Assembly (NCBI GenBank): GCA_040954595.2
Contig: CM082580.2
Span: 3,090,783-3,154,782, forward strand
Direction: 5' to 3'
Origin: Balanoglossus misakiensis
Taxonomy: Eukaryota > Animalia > Hemichordata
DNA length: 64,000 nt
The notes beneath the pieces are model-generated. The model was not told the origin of the DNA and made no database searches. It saw nothing but the letters and a program-made list of their open reading frames with translations. The position numbers were made by a program, and so were the translations under genes. Below, piece by piece: positions 10,987-24,830 of the stretch; within the stretch, counting starts at the first letter, position 1; every line of letters starts with the position of its first letter.

Positions 10987-11939
10987 TACTACAGTATTAG
11001 GGATGAGTGCTCAGAGTATTACATCGGTTTGCTTGCTTGATAGTATGGACACTTTGAATAAAAATATTCAAAGCAAAAATTGCTAGTATTGTTATTTTAA
11101 TTTCTAAAGAATATTGATATATTACCTTAAGTAGAAAGTTGCAGCATGGACATACAAGAGTACATCCATAGTTGCAAATAGTGGTACAGCTTACTTCAGC
11201 AATCTATATAATAATAATAAGCTTCATATCCAGTACTTTAGGCCAGTTAACATAATTTTTACACAAAGAAACAGTATATGTCGCCAACTCACAATGAAGT
11301 ACGTTCTTTTCTCTGTCATCACTCTGTTGCGAGACTTTCACACTTTTTAAATGAATAAAAAAGATATTTTCCAAAATTTTCCAGTACATGCAGATATAGT
11401 TATTGCATAAGAAGCAAAAGTTTCCATTCACTCTCAGGACATACTAGTGCAAAAAGTATGTCAAAATATAAAAATTCAGACACTGTTTACAGCAATTTTT
11501 TCTTTTGCCAGGCCAACTTTTTTCACAAGGCATTTTAGAACATTTGTAACCTCCGCACTCGGTAAAAGAAGAGCGAGTTTCCTCCCTTCCTCTTGTTTAT
11601 ATACCCAGTACTTGTTTACTTTATCAACTTAATCAGTGGATGGGGCACACAAATTAAGTCGTTAGCAGGTGATTAATGGGAAATGGATAGCTTTTATTCT
11701 GGATTAGCAAATGATAAGACAGGTTGGGAAAACGCAGGACGGAACGTACTTCGCCATGTATAACTTTCATGTTTGCATTCCCCTGTGCCAAGACAAGGTT
11801 TGCCCAAGACGATGGACGAGGCATTGCCGGTGAGCGCCCACACACGACTGAATCTTTCAGTCCTTACAACATGTAGAAGCGTTCTGGAAGTTTCCATGAA
11901 TTTGTTATGTAAATTTATGTGGGTGTGTCGAATTTAGAG

Positions 11940-12275
11940 CTTTCCATTGGCTGTTTGCAAATTGTAATTTGCATCATAAATACCTATCCATGACGTCAGG
12001 GCATAAGGCGTCCTGGTAATTTTCAGGACAACCGGAAGTGCTCTCATGTTAGAAAAACGCTCATTGTGTATTTGTCCAAGGAAATTGTACGACGTGAACA
12101 TACAAAGGATCAGTGCATGTTAGACCAAATCTGAGGATCAAATAAGGAACCGTGTTTTTAGCCGACCTTTTTCACTTATCGTAACCGTTACAGATATACC
12201 GCAATGCATACTGGGTAGCAAAATAAAGTTGTCAGGTGACTGTGGTTGACGCCATTTTGCTTTTTGTAATACAAG
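11940..12275 (+). promoter_or_regulatory. Likely IP6K promoter and non-coding first exon ending at donor 12275|GTAAGT
   Basis: Cluster of housekeeping motifs: inverted CCAAT 11946, octamer ATTTGCAT 11967, CRE TGACGTCA 11991, ETS ACCGGAAGTG 12031, ZNF143-like TGCATACTGGGTA 12205, YY1 GACGCCATTTTG 12248. Consensus donor AAG|GTAAGT; acceptor CATAG at 13565. Confidence 0.65.
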
Positions 12276-13675
12276 GTAAGTCTATCGTTTTCCGTTATTT
12301 ACGGTATACACAAAATAACCTTGAATTCAATCGAGCAGTATTCATGGAATTTCTTTTTCAACCGATACTTAAGGGGAAATCGTAGCCATTTTTTGACGAG
12401 TGCACTGTTGTGATGCTTGACACGCCTCGTATTTTCTGAGGAAACGGTTCACACAGCGTCAACAAAGCCTGTGTACAAAATGTATGAGCTACGTCATCAG
12501 TGGGTCGCGGATAGACAATTCAAAAGATACTGTGGAACGCTTTATTTAACTACGGTAGTCCCACCAGACTATATGTGCAATTTCTAGTAAAATTGGCCGA
12601 AAGTTAGTGTATATGTTGAGGTCCTACGAGATAACTCTTTGGCGAGTAGTGGGATTGTAAACGTGATGAAATATTTGTTTTTAAATTATCGTACACCGTA
12701 ATACAACCATAACACTCCAGATCTTATAAGACACAATAGAAAGTGTCTGTACTGACCAATCGAAGCAAAAGGCAAGAACAGTTAAAACAAATATATAAGT
12801 ATGTAGCCAGGGTCCTTTTTCCCTGAGTTTGATGGTTTTCATTGGGTATTTCCGATGACGTCCTTGCATAATTACTTCACGGTTTACAAGGATACTGAAT
12901 AGTTAGTTTCATGGCCAGTTTATGATATATACTGTGGTGTATTCGGAAATTGATAGAGCCACCATTATTTGGATTTTCCATGTCAATTTTTTAAAGAAAT
13001 CGTGTTTGTGGCTTTTAACAAATAGGAAATAAATTTTCTGCATAAAATCATTCTGTCATTCATAACACTGAAAGACATTATAAGTACTAATATTACTGGC
13101 CTGTAGTACCGTTGATCGAGATTTGGCCTGGTTCTGGGGTTTGATGACAAATCTAAACTTTTGGTTTTGCCATCCATTCTCCAAAAGCAGGCAAATCCTC
13201 AACCAACTGGTACTGCAACTATGCTATAACAGAGTTCTTGCAAACTCATTTGGAATCATATAACTGATGAAACTGGTATGGAATATGTTTCCAATTGTTG
13301 TCATTATTCACCAGTTTACAGCAAAATCATAAAAATGTGATTTGCTTTTCCCGTTGTGCAGCATTTCAAAATAAAATGGTAAATTTTTCATTTAACTTTA
13401 TAATGTGTCAAAAAAAAGTTTGTTGTCTTTTCATATCAGGTTTTCTGGTATCCTTCAAATTCCAGAATGAATCATATTGCCGGAACAGGATTATTGTAAC
13501 AGTATGCAGTTTTCAAGTGGATTACAAACTAACATGTTTATTTTTCTGATTGTTTTTTTCCATAGGATATTCTGTCAACATTGACAAAGAGGATAACAGA
13601 TACATTTTTCATGAAGTGTACACTACCGTAAAGAAGACACTTCTCCGGTGTGCTTGTGTCAAGTACTTTTCATCT

Positions 13676-16530
13676 ATGTGCAAAGAAGATATGGACTATA
13701 TTGAGTTGGAAGGGGGTGTTCCCTTGGAACCTTTTGTTCACCAAGTTGGTGGACATTGTAGTATGATGAAATTTGATGAACACACGATTTGCAAACCCCT
13801 GATTTCTAGGGAACGTTACTTTTATGAGTCACTGCCTAATGACATCAGAAGATTTACACCACAGTACAGAGGTGAGTTGTATAATCACTTAATACATAAC
13901 CCACTCTTCAGTCTTCGTTTTGAAAGCTGTGACATTTATCAAGTTGTTGATTTGAAACAGAGTATAGCATGTTGAAGGGATCTATATGTATGGTTCTGTA
14001 ATGATAATGTGCAGTCAAACCTGTCTATAGTGGCCAGTCATGGGTCTTTCCTAAACTGGCCTTTATAGAGAGCTGACCTTTATATAGAGGCTAATTAACA
14101 CACATGTGAATTGCACAGGGACTGTAACAAATATAGGTGACCGCTATATAGGGGAGGCCACTAACAGGGGTTTGACTGTACATATTAATGAAAAAATAAT
14201 CACTAAATTGAAATTGAGGACTGAATATTTAAAAGTGCCAATGGCAAACTGCATATTTATCATTTTTCAAAAGGTCTAGTGCAAGTTACTTTTGAAGAAA
14301 GCCAGGATGGGTCTTTGAACATTTTGGCATATCCCACACACACTAAAAAGAAAGACTGTGGTGGCAACTCATCGGGATCAGGAGGAGAAGAAGCAGAATC
14401 CAGTGAAGACAGTGACTCTCCTAAAAGTAATCCCAAGAGACGGTCGAAACGAAGAGACGAACATGGCAAAAAATCTCGCAATAGGTAATTGAATCATTGC
14501 TTCAGCTTCTTTAGAGACCAGTGGAACACCTTCACAGGTTTTTTCGTTGTAAGATCTTCTCAGTGTCTAGAGACACTTGTTGACCAAAATATGCTTCGAG
14601 TGCAATTATGCATCAATGATATATAGCCTTGACCTCATAGTTCATTGTTCTCTTGCAGTCTTTGACACTCATTGTGGTAAACTTCATTGTCTTATGAAAG
14701 CATACCGGTATGCTGGTGCATTTCTATCTGTATACAGTACATGTATAGGGACAAAGATTAGAAGCATTGGAAGGTCAATTAAGGTCAGGGTTAGTGACAA
14801 TGCATACTGCTATGTATTGTTGTCCTCACCACTTATTTTTCTATTGTGTCATACAGAGTGCGACTTATACACAGTGCCAGCATGGAAGTGGGTGAACCAT
14901 GTGACAACTACTTTGAAGACCAACCAGAGAACCTACGACGTAGTGATTCTCACAACCCGTGGAGTTTACATTGCCATCAAATTGAAGTAGCTAAAATGAG
15001 GAATAACACTACCAACAACACATTATACAGTATCCTTTTGTAAAATGACTTTCCAGCTTATCACCAACTGTTTTCATACCCAAATGATCATTTTATACTG
15101 CCCCTCTGTGTCACCCATGTTTCAAGGGGTGTTCATTGGATCCTAGTAAAATTGGTGTATATAATATGCAGAAGTCTGCAATTGGCTACATTTAATTGCT
15201 TTGTTTTTAATGTGTGGCTTGTATTATCTATAATTATGACAAAATCATTTGTTGATGAATACTTTCACAAATATCAAAAATGTTTGTGATGATTTCTTGG
15301 AAATATGTATCAGTGGTTTGCCACTCAATGCCAGTGTAGTAAGTAGAATGGTGAATGTTGTTTGAGGTACCACCAGTAAGTCAGTGTTTGCTAAATGTAA
15401 CATTCAAAATGATTTGCCATGCATAAACTATCTTACACATAAGATTGTGTTTTCTGTGAAGCAAAGTACCTGTCAAAGTGCATCATTTTGTCACTGATAA
15501 TATTTGCAATGTTGCCCTTGACAACCAACTCAGAATTCATCCTGCTTGAAAATGTGGCGTCCAAGTTTGTTTATCCGTGTGTGTTAGATTTAAAAATGGG
15601 TACAAGAGTGCATGGAGATGATGCGTCACAAGAAAAAAGAGAGAGGCAGATGGCCAAATGTTTAGCAACAACATCAAGTACCTTAGGAATAAGAGTATGT
15701 GGCATGCAGGTATGAAAACCTAGTGGCTGAACTGTTTCTACCAACAATGGTCCTTGGTCAATATGTCACTTTGTGGCATAGCTGCAATTGGCACCCTGAC
15801 AGGCTATATATCTAGTTGATTGACAGAATTTTAACCCTTATTTTGGCAGACTGACAGATTGACAATAGGAATCAATTACTGGCCTGACACTGAAATACCA
15901 GACAATGGTACTAACTTGACAACAATGCGTGTCAATCAATCTGTGAAGTGGTCTTATGAGACTTTTATCTTAGTTTGATAAGAAAATATCTGTGCACCAA
16001 TTGACTAGACTCGAAAGATAGATGTTTATAATATACAAAGTTCATAGTGCAAAGTTGAATAACATTAGTTGTTTGCATTTTGCCACAAACAGGTATACAG
16101 ACTGAATTCTGGAAGGTTTCATTGTCGAAACAAGTACCACGGAAGGCGCCTGTCAGCGGAGGGAGTCAAGCACGGATTGTTTGAATTCCTCTACAACGGT
16201 GTCCAAGTACGGAAGGATATTATATCAGCGATTATTGAAAGACTTATTGAACTGAAGTGCATCTTGGAAAATAAACATTCATTCCGTTTTTATAGTAGTT
16301 CCTTGCTGATCATGTACGATGGCAAGGATGGTGAATACCTCAATGGCAGCGGAGACTGGGTGAGGGATGGGGAACCAAAGTTGGATGTTCGCATGATTGA
16401 CTTTGCTCATTCCACTCACAAAGGTTTTCGAGGTGACAACAATATTCATTCGGGACCAGATACAGGGTACATCTATGGATTAGAGAACCTCATCAGACTT
16501 TTCCAGGAAATTGAAGATGAACATGTGTAG
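13676..16530 (+). CDS. IP6K1: Inositol hexakisphosphate kinase (IP6K1-like), 397 aa: exons 13676-13871, 14274-14484, 14857-15029, 15534-15709, 16093-16530
   Basis: [17 protein letters not shown], the PxxxDxKxG motif (PCVLDLKMG), SSLL and MIDFAH are present. Exons join to 1194 nt in frame. Confidence 0.95.
14012..14178. mobile_element. MITE family A copy in an IP6K intron
   Basis: CAGTCAAACCTGTCTATAGTGGCCAG...GTTTGACTG|TA. Confidence 0.8.
15030..15533 (+). other. U12-type (minor spliceosome) GT-AG intron of IP6K
   Basis: 5' splice site GTATCCTTT; branch site CCCTTGAC at 15515-15522, about 12 nt before the 3' end; no polypyrimidine tract. Confidence 0.88.
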
Positions 16531-18033
16531 AATCAAGGAATCTCGCTGTAAACTTAAAACATGGACTTTGACTGTCACCATATCAGTAAGTGTAGTCTGT
16601 GAAATGAATGTGGTATCATAAAAAAAACATGTATGTGGCACATTATTTATTTGACATGATTCGGTGTTTCATGTTAATATACAGTTGTGTACAAGTAAAC
16701 CTGTATTCATGAATACAACAAATGTGTACCAACCATTGTAAGTTAGCATCAGCAATATTTTGAGGCATTCTTGCAGTCCATCTGAAGTTGACTGCTGGAC
16801 ATTGTATCTGCATCTGCAGCTGTGTGCTCTCTTGTAAACTCTGACTACAGCAGTCAATCAGGGACACTTTTTGTGTTCCCAAGAGTTTAAATGCACAGGG
16901 TAGCAGGTTTCACTGTCGTGAACTGAAAGAATTTTACATAGATATACTTTCTGACAGATTACCAAAAAGTGGAAAATATGAGTGAAAACTGTGATTGCCT
17001 GGTTTAGGTGGAATCCACCCCAGAAAAGCCATGTTTTACGCTTGGACTATTCACCAGATATTCCTATATACATGTATCTGTACATGTAGTTGTAATGCAG
17101 AGATGAATGATGAGAGATCGTCAGTTCTTAATGATACTTTAGAAGTTAAAAGTGGGACCAATCATATTGATTCTTATTCCCCATCAAAATTGTGCGTATT
17201 GTATTTTACACAACATTCAAATGTGTGATGAACAACAATTCAGCTATTAAGCTGGAGAACGAGAAAATTTAAAACGTGTTACTCGCACAATAGTCTTGAT
17301 ACTATAAAAATTGGGTGAATGAAACAGGCACTAGAGAAGGGTTTTTTTTGCAAGTGTAGACATTTCAGACAATCTGTGTTTAGCATTGCATGAACAAGAG
17401 TACATGTAGCTGGAGGGCATAGTAGAGCCAGGTGTGTTGAGACTTGTTTTGGAGTCAGTGATCAGCCTGCATTTCATGCCCTCCAGTGGCATCAGTTGAT
17501 GGATGATAGTCTGGGCATTTCATTTCAACAAATGTAGTGCATAACATTTACAGACAGTGTTTGAAAGGGACAAATAATATTAGCCACGCCCAGTGGTCGA
17601 CAAAATAATTCTTCAGGTTCGACACCAGAGTGTGCTGTAGACGGTAACAACCAAATATCATTGATCCCACCCAAGGCTTTACATAATAGCACGTTTTAAA
17701 TATTCGACCAAATTTCATATAGTATTTGAACCCAACTCATAACAAACCCTTTTAATGAAATCACATGACACCAGGGAAAATTGGACACCCTATTGGAGGT
17801 TCTCACGTTTTTGAATGTGACAGATTGTTGGTATAGCTATTATGGTGACACAGTTTTGTGTTTTACAAAAGTTGAAGCGATGCTTGACAGGTGACCATGC
17901 TATGTACAAAAGAATACATATTTCAGATTATCTGTAAAATATTTTGTGCAATAAGATATAGTTTACCAATTTATGGTAAATATTTTATATTTGGCAGAAT
18001 TTATGCTGCCAGCGACTTTAATTATTAAAATAG

Positions 18034-18303
18034 AGCAGAATATGTCCCTTTGCACATATTTGTTCACCTCAGGCAATGTGTAGTTTTGTCTTGCAGCAAA
18101 TCTGTTGCAATTTTGTACTCATAGTGTCTAGTTTGATTTTCCAACCATTGCTTTTTGTATGTATTTTAAGCAGAATATGTCCCTTTGCACATATTTGTTC
18201 ACCTCAGGCAATGTGTAGTTTTGTCTTGCAGCAAATCTGTTGCAATTTTGTACTCATAGTGTCTAGTTTGATTTTCCAACCATTGCTTTATGTATGTATT
18301 TTA
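18034..18303. repeat. 135-bp tandem duplication (2 copies, near-identical) 3' of IP6K
   Basis: AGCAGAATATGTCCCTTTGCAC... starts at 18034 and again at 18169. Confidence 0.93.
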
Positions 18304-18486
18304 CATGGTTCAGTAAGTTTCTTCTGTATGAGATGCTATTTTTTACAAATGTCCAAGATCGATACTTTTCCCGGCCCAATCAAAATGTTTCTTTAAACAT
18401 CCACTAGCCCCCGGTAGATGATGAATTTAAACATCCCTCTGAAAACATCCACTCAAATGTTAAACCAAAGCACTGCAAGATCTTAA

Positions 18487-18570
18487 CCCTTTCACCACCA
18501 TGGTTTCTCCCAAATCCATTGTTTTCTATGGTAAAGTTAGACCTCTATAGATGGAACTGGGGTGAAAGAG
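18487..18570. mobile_element. Tiny piggyBac-like MITE copy downstream of the IP6K stop
   Basis: Approximate reverse complement of 10631-10717; TTAA flanks. Confidence 0.7.
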
Positions 18571-20777
18571 TTAAATAAACAGAGTATTTTTCTTCTACAG
18601 ACTTTAATATACCAGTGGTCATCCTACTGTTGCTTAAAAGGGGGCCACAAGCTGCATTTTTTACCCCAAGTTATCTTTCAATGTTGTTTAGTGTATAAAC
18701 AACAACATACTTGTGAGACAATGTGCAAGTAAAGACAGTACATTTGCTAAGTTGTTCGCCCCAAATCAAGGCAGTTTGATTCTTTTTTAGATCATAATTG
18801 TGTTGGTAATTTCCTGCAGTGCTTTGTAAAATTTAATCAGAAAGTGATGTTATGAAAGATGACAATATTTAACACATAGCATAATGAAATGCTATGACTA
18901 CAATACTTCATCTACCAATCATTGGCCAGTGAAAAGCAGCTTACACAGTACATTTTGATAAACATGTAAGCTCTGTCATAGTGTGGGTTGTAATGCAGCT
19001 TGTCTTGAAACCATTATTCTACCAATTTCCTTTACAGATTCAAAATGTATCTTCGAAGTCACTTTTTTTTCATTACAACTTGTGTAGACTAGTGCTCCTG
19101 TAGTTCAACATTATAGGTTAACCATTTTAACAGAGGCTGAATGTGATATTGTATAAATGTAGGAAAGCTTGCAAATTCAAAAGAACTAAAATATGAATTT
19201 GTAAATATTACAATAGAGATTATATTAAACTTTCTTCAAGTATGTTATTTTCGCAGTGGATTTTTGAATTGTTCACCTGGGCGAAGAGGTGGCTTGAATG
19301 TTACCAAGTGAAAGAGTAGAGGTTGACCAGATCACCATTTAGGATGGGTTCTGATAGTCTCACTCACTTGGTTTCTGTCCATCCCATTCTGGAACTGCCA
19401 AATTGATACTATTGGTGAGTTTCAAATCTGGGCATGGGCAAGTCTGCTTCTCTGATTGTGCTAACAAATAAGGGTCTACCCATGTTCCAGCCATTTCTCC
19501 AACATTTTGGGCAAAATGGACATTACATGACATCAAATTCAAGATGATTTTACACTACTGTGAAACCAATGCACATTTATCACAAATTTCATTTCTAGTG
19601 GTTTATGTTATATGTTCATTGTTTGAAATTGAGATAATTCCATACAAGTCAGACTACTCGATACTTTGACCAATGACAGTCATGGGTGGAATGGTGCAGA
19701 GACCTGATCTTTTTGTGAGTGCAGTGGCAGAAAGGTCAGGGAAGCTGACATGGCAGGGGCCAAATGTGTTCTTCCCAGGAATGTGATGCCACCAAGAGCA
19801 TTGTCCAAGTCCAAGTGTAGGGCCAACGACTCAGGCTGCCTTCAATCACCACAAACATTATTTTCTAGAAAATTTATTGGATTATATTTTATCTTGCATG
19901 ATTATAGTTTTGAGAAGCGGGAGTAGTATTATTTTCACTTTATTTTTTTTTACTTCCTGTGCATAACATGCCATGAATGCCCGGTCTTTATTTTGTATTG
20001 TATTGAATTGTGTTGTATATTGCAATAACTTGACAGCAAACCTCTTAACATAGCATTGTGTTCATTGTACAGTTGCTCTTGTGAAATCTTTATCTAAGTG
20101 CTCTATTTGTACAGGTATATTAAAAGTTTCTGCAAAAGTCAAACATATTGTGTGTGGTATTCTTTATAGTTTTTCCCCCCTTTTGTAAGTTTCCAACTAA
20201 AAAAGTCCCATTGGTAAATATTAACAGGGTTAAGGTTGTGTTGCCTCTATCAAAAATAATTCGCCTCTATCAAAAATAATTCACACAAAATATTCCCACT
20301 GCCAAACAGACTAAAAAAATTGGCTTTAAATGTCGTGCATAGGAGTCATTACTCTGACATGATTGAACCAATTGGTAATGGCTTCTTGTTTAATACAACA
20401 TTTTCATGTACAGCCGCCTCAGTCAGATTTTGTTGGTTCAAACTTGGCACTTGAGTGACTTAATTTACGATGCTGTCACTTGAGGGCGCACTGTATGCAC
20501 CAAAAACAACTTTTGAGCCACCCCCCCCCCACCCCCACCCCCACCCCCCGGCTTCACTTCTCTTGTTTTACCAATTCTTCCAACTATTGTATTGACTTGT
20601 CATTTTAATTTATTCATAGATTTCTTTATTGCCACACTATACTATTATACACCTCAATTATAAATTTCTTAAAGAAGGGAGCCTCTTTCCCTTTATTGCA
20701 TACAGTGTACATGAGATCAGGAGGGCGAGCAAGCTCTTGGAAACAAGTTTTTTTCCTCCACAAGTAGTTGTGTGATG

Positions 20778-20807
20778 GTTTGTTTGTTTGTTTGTTTGTT
20801 TGTTTGT
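20778..20807. repeat. (TTTG)n microsatellite amid poly-G/poly-C runs
   Basis: Directly visible. Confidence 0.85.
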
Positions 20808-21505
20808 TTTTTTTTGGGGGGGTCATCATATTTGTTTGCCTGTCAAAGGGGGGTCATCATTTTTTGGTCCTGGGTGAAGGGGGGGGGGGGTCTGCCTGTT
20901 TTTGAAAACCGGTGACACAAACTTGCCCCCCCCCCCCCCCCCCCCCCCTTCAGTCATAAAAACTGAACGGTCTGATTACATAAACTACCTTACTTCATTT
21001 GGGCCTTTCCACTCTACACATATATATTCTTTGTACAATCCAAAAATTGATTAATGCCAGCGTCTCTTGGTCCAGTTCATGGCTATGACCAAAAACTATC
21101 TAAACCTTTAGAATTTTAGAAAATACAACCCAAAACAAAATCACACCATGTTGCGATCGTGTTGTGCGCCCTCTATAGTCTAATGGTTTTTTGTATTTTC
21201 TTGTTCGAATATTGAAACTCGAAGAAATACTTAATGTTTAGCTTATCAACACGGCTAATATGTGTACAACCATCATTGCAGTCCATAAACTGAACAAAAA
21301 GTATTGAAAAAATATCCAAGATTTAGAAGATTTTAATCAGTTTAGGTTCATTTAATACAACACCCCGTTCCACCAATGCGCATTTTATAAAGTTAACAGT
21401 CTTGTCTGTCAAAGGGTTGTCAAAGATATTTCCACCAATCAACTATACGAAGTATTTTCTTCATTAATCTTTACTAAAACAAGCATTTTACAAAAACATT
21501 ATTTA

Positions 21506-21816
21506 AGCAATAAAACACCCCCAGCCATGGTATACCACGAGATTTTGACCAGTTCACGACATATACGCACGAGCGATAGCGAGTGCGTATATGGAGTTGC
21601 ACTGGTCAAAATCGAGTGGTATACCATGGCTGGGGGTGTTTTATTGCTATTATATTATGCCAGTATATTGAAACTTTGCATAAAACATTTTAAAAAGGCA
21701 TTTTCTTTGACTATGATATATGACTGTGGTATATGGCTAATATATCACGGTCACGTGTCGTGTCTCGACCAATCAAATAGCGTGATTTACACCATCAATA
21801 TACTGGTATAATATAA
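21506..21816. repeat. Compound foldback element: ~143-bp palindrome followed by a second inverted-repeat pair
   Basis: AGCAATAAAACACCCCCAGCCATGGTATACCAC...GTGGTATACCATGGCTGGGGGTGTTTTATTGCT, then TTATATTATGCCAGTATATTGA...TCAATATACTGGTATAATATAA. Confidence 0.8.
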
Positions 21817-24439
21817 TTGTATTTTATGCATAACGGACAGTTACTCAATGTTTATGACATAGATTTGTCAATTTTGATTATCGCCGATGTTACCGTGACA
21901 CATTTTCTGGTCTCAACTTATTATTGACGTTTATAATTCGGTGTGTGTGGGGGGGGGGGGGGGGCTGAAAAAATCGTTCGGTATGGACAGTGGTCCAGTT
22001 TTAGCAGGGTCCGGTTTTGACAGGTTTTTCTGTATGACAATCTCAGATAATAAATACGTGTGTAATCTATACGTGCACGAAAAATGAATGAACATGTTTT
22101 AGAAGCCGAACAACTGGTTCAGCGCTTGATCAGGCCCACCGATTTCCATATGTTCCAGATCTTGTCTAGTCTTTAGTTTAGCCGCACGTGTCTACGGTCT
22201 AGATACCTAGATCCTGTCTTGCTGAAGGCTTGACCATGGGTACATTGACCGCCAAGTGAGCGATACATTTAACTTTGTACGGACTTGCATCACGTGTAAT
22301 CGTGGTTTGAAAAGCTGTCATCGTCATGGGTTGCCTGGTCCCTCCAGGGAGGGATTGCATGTGCGTGGGTGGTAACTTGCAAGGTGCGCCAAAGTGAAGA
22401 ATGCAAGTCTATAGTGTCTTTTCGTTCCATAAGCATGAGTCACCAAGTCAGTAAGACCCCTTTAACTGCAGTTCTCAGCATTCAACATGTTCTAAGTTGC
22501 ATTCAATCTATTTATTAGCATCACAGATTCGATTGTCAGTAGTCACGTAGAGTCGTAATATTGTTCACGTTGTGACGTAAGAATCCGTCAAGGTTGGTTA
22601 CTGCAGACAATGTACCGATATTATTACTTTGGTACAGGGGTTTATTTTACTACACAACATTTTTAATTCGGCCCCGGCAACAATCTTGAGAAACACGTCT
22701 TGTGTATTTCAGGAGCACGGCATTTTCCTTAGTTCGTATTTTATTATTATAAAGATAAATAGGCCCTAAACATGGAAATTTAGTTTGGACGATGTGCATG
22801 GTCCGCGGAGCAGTGCAAGGCTGCTTGCAAGATGCACAAAGATCACAATACTTATACACATGATACATGTAAATTGCAGAGTTTTATTTTGTTCGTAGCA
22901 GAATTTAGGACGATTTCTCACCAGTAGCAGAGATATAAGGGAGGCCTGAGTCTACTGGCATAATGGCCCTAACCGCTCGCCAGTTTTGCTGGTTGGAAAT
23001 GCTGACATACGGTGAATTTCGCTGATTATCAAAACAAAATATTTTATCTTATCTTCTTTTCTGTGTTATAGTATCAGCCCCATCACGCTTCAGCCAGTGT
23101 GTAATTTTCACAACCAATGAAAATAACATAAAATACGACTCGTATATACTGAACCTTTTGTGAAATTTATCAAATTCCAATAGGCCTAGATGAAGATTGC
23201 AAAAAAAGGACTGCGACAACTCTATTTTCCTCGATGCCGCGCAACCAAACTATGTCTTGCTTTTAATAGTTGTTTCAGGCATCATTGATATAAAACATCG
23301 AAGGAAATAGTAAAACAGTTCATGTTTGTCAAACTTTTACTTTTATTCTTTCAAGGCGTGTTCTAAATAAAAACTTGTTAACCTCAAGCATACGCGAATA
23401 CTCCATCCGACAAAACTAACGTATTTTAACATTCTTCCACTGTGTTTTGTGCGAGTTTGGAGACCCCAGTTGATCGTTTCATCTCATTCATAAGTAAACT
23501 ACGTCTGTCATTTCAACGTAAACACGTTTATCAATGAATGATCCTGCTGATTGTAGTATATATTAATCAATCAACCAAACGCTTCATCACTCGTATATTA
23601 GCATCCGTACAAAAACCACAAACGCGGCTAAATGTGTTTGTTGTCGTTAAATGTTCCTTGACCCCTAATTTGTTCTATAACGAGTCTCGTGCGTACTCAG
23701 CTTAATTACCAGCCTTCCGGATCAACCAATTCGTGAATAATATATAGAGACGCTATCATGCATATCGAAAGTTTCTGGTCAAGGTCGAGGCGCGCTAATA
23801 TAAATGCCTATACACAGTAAATTTACATTTTAAGAATATTGTAGTAACATGTTGTGCCCGATATCGCCACTCACCGCCCCAACTTGTACGAAGTATGGGA
23901 TTAGAATTACTAGTATAAATTGGCACAATTTACCATACCAGGTATGAAACGCCCTAGAGATAACTACGAACTCTGCTCAATTTTAGTGCGTTCATGTCCA
24001 TGACCTTGAGTGTAACTGAGGTCCAGCAAATCGACGGGCAGAAATTCGATGTCCTGAAATCGTAAGCTGCAACCTAATAAAAAAACAATGAATCTTAAAA
24101 GTTTAAAATATCTCCATATAAATTAAACGATGTTGCCTGAGATAGTGCTTATTTTTGCTGAAATCGTTTACCATCTTTTTTATCAATGAATGTTGTCCAT
24201 TACTCCTTTCACTCTTTTTGATCAAAACTTGTAACCCCAACAAGTGTTATTGACAATGTGCTCCATTTGGGTGGGGTGGAGTTGATATCAATCAATCAAT
24301 TAACAAAAGTTTATATGATAGTGTCAAAAGTCTAAAACAAGAAATTTTGCCAGATGATGCTCATGGTCAAACCGCACAGTATGCTCTTTCTAACACACAT
24401 TTTTCTTTTGAAAGTTTCCAGGTTATGATGGTTCGTTCA

Positions 24440-24830
24440 CTGATGATGTTGTTTAGAGACTGTTCCCATTGCTTTAAATATGAAGTGAACCATTTGAGTG
24501 CGACACCGGAGATACCAAGATGCGAGAGTCGATGAAGTAGTATATTGTGATCAATTGTGTCAAAAGCAGCGGAGAGATCAAGGAGGATGAGAAGAACATA
24601 GTTGCCAGAGTCCACGGATAAACAGATGTCGTTGACGTTGTGTACTTTCAGAAGTGCAGTTTCTGTACTGTGATATTTTCTGTATGCTAAAATGGTACCT
24701 TCAAGGGAGTTTTCGGTGAGGAAGTAAGTGAATTGGCCATGATGATCTTTTAGAGTACCGGGTACTTTTGAAAGAAATGGCAGAATAAAAAGAGACAGGG
24801 CGATAGTTCTTGAGAATATTGAAGTCCAAA
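24440..24830 (-). mobile_element. Decayed CR1/L2-clade non-LTR retrotransposon reverse-transcriptase fragment
   Basis: Frameshifted translation NILKNYRPVS...AYRKYHSTETALLKV...LLILLDLSAAFDTIDHNILLHRL..LGISGVALKWFTSYL. Confidence 0.88.

Noticed and set aside
22326-22397. Short ORF MGCLVPPGRDCMCVGGNLQGAPK with an MGC start
   Set aside because: Only 23 codons, with no supporting gene structure or homology.
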